Shown in pieces: positions 63,554 to 64,000 of a stretch of 64,000 bases of DNA. The notes beneath the pieces are model-generated. The model made no database searches. It saw nothing but the letters and a program-made list of their open reading frames with translations, and was not told the origin of the DNA. The stretch lies in the sequence record NC_048194.1; one strand, given 5' to 3'. The DNA comes from Escherichia phage vB_EcoM_WFH. Positions within the stretch are counted from its first letter, which is position 1. Every line of letters begins with the position of its first letter. The translations under genes were made by a program, and so were the position numbers.

Positions 63554-63960
63554 GTCCCTATCTCGATGCGCTTCTCCGCGAAAACTCCTTTATCCTTCCC
63601 TTCGTCGTCGCATAATCTTCGTCGAGATGCGCCTTAGTTCGCATAACAGGTATTACGTTAAATGGAGAACATCGCGTAAGTCCTTGTTTTATATAGACAC
63701 CTATATCGGACCGTTAGGGAGGGTCGCGCAAGTCGTTGTTTTATAAAGGCGCAAAACTTTCCCTTCGTTCCGAACTAAAACGAGAAATATGCCGACCCTT
63801 CGCCCGAAAATAGTACGCATGCGAAATTACATGTATCTAGAATAATCCCCACCGATATTATCCTACACGCAATCATTAGCTTTCGAATCATTATGCTTCA
63901 TACTATTATGCGTCGAATCATTCGCTTTCTAATTGTAACGCTGGAAACTGTAACGGCGAT
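63554..63960. repeat. ORF-free tract rich in short direct repeats at window end
   Basis: No ORF of 60 aa or more; recurring short motifs (AATCATT x3, TTCGAATCATT x2, TTGTTTTATA x2, GATGCGC x2, CGCATAA x2, TGTAACG x2); window ends inside it. Confidence 0.4.
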
Positions 63961-64000
63961 TGATTATTGCGTTCGTGTGGTTTTTAGGGCATGGGTCTTT

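Noticed and set aside
63860-63900. TTCGAATC-like sequences that could be tRNA T-loops
   Set aside because: No flanking acceptor or anticodon stem complementarity, and the GG preceding a canonical GGTTCGAATCC T-arm is absent.
1-64000. Prophage or integrative element features (integrase, repressor, att sites)
   Set aside because: No tyrosine or serine recombinase motifs or CI-like repressor recognised in any ORF; lifestyle cannot be decided from this window.

Overview
The window reads as a contiguous, gene-dense segment of a tailed dsDNA phage genome (Caudoviricetes). I found no rRNA, tRNA, CRISPR array, integrase or repressor. All calls rest on reading the six-frame translations and the DNA by eye; no database search or computation was run, so family assignments are motif-level recollection.

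Layout:
- 1-2.0 kb, minus strand: a partial tail-fibre-like gene running off the window start, plus small membrane proteins.
- 2.1-30.7 kb, plus strand: packaging, head, tail and lysis genes (large terminase, portal, MuF-like, scaffold, capsid, sheath and tube, tape measure with a transglycosylase motif, baseplate, fibres, GH19 endolysin).
- 30.7-48.3 kb, minus strand: DNA metabolism and replication (ligase, MazG-like, embedded Rz/Rz1 spanin pair, T7 gp2.5-like SSB, SNF2 helicase with VRR-NUC, DnaE polymerase, DnaQ-like exonuclease, Dda-like helicase), interrupted by a terminator-bounded enzyme cassette and a K/A/E-rich coiled-coil protein.
- 48.4-59.8 kb, plus strand: early-like block (AEP primase-polymerase, P-loop NTPase, about 25 small ORFs including paralogue pairs).
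- 59.8-64.0 kb: regulatory and repeat-rich region.

Best candidates for something undescribed, in order:
1. A CpG-rich, TpG/CpA-poor block (about 61.2-64.0 kb) with three paralogous small acidic proteins, each behind a copy of one promoter module.
2. Nine direct copies of ATTTGCACTAT around a TerS-like gene (60.6-61.8 kb).
3. A terminator-bounded cassette at 41.0-45.6 kb (VOC-like, SDR, HAD fusion, ThyX-like with RTR in place of RHR, secreted protein, FAD oxidoreductase) that may modify nucleotides or DNA.
4. A duplicated iteron module with DnaA-box-like 9-mers at 8.76-9.04 kb and 60.14-60.44 kb.
5. An inorganic-pyrophosphatase-like domain at the C-terminus of the putative portal.
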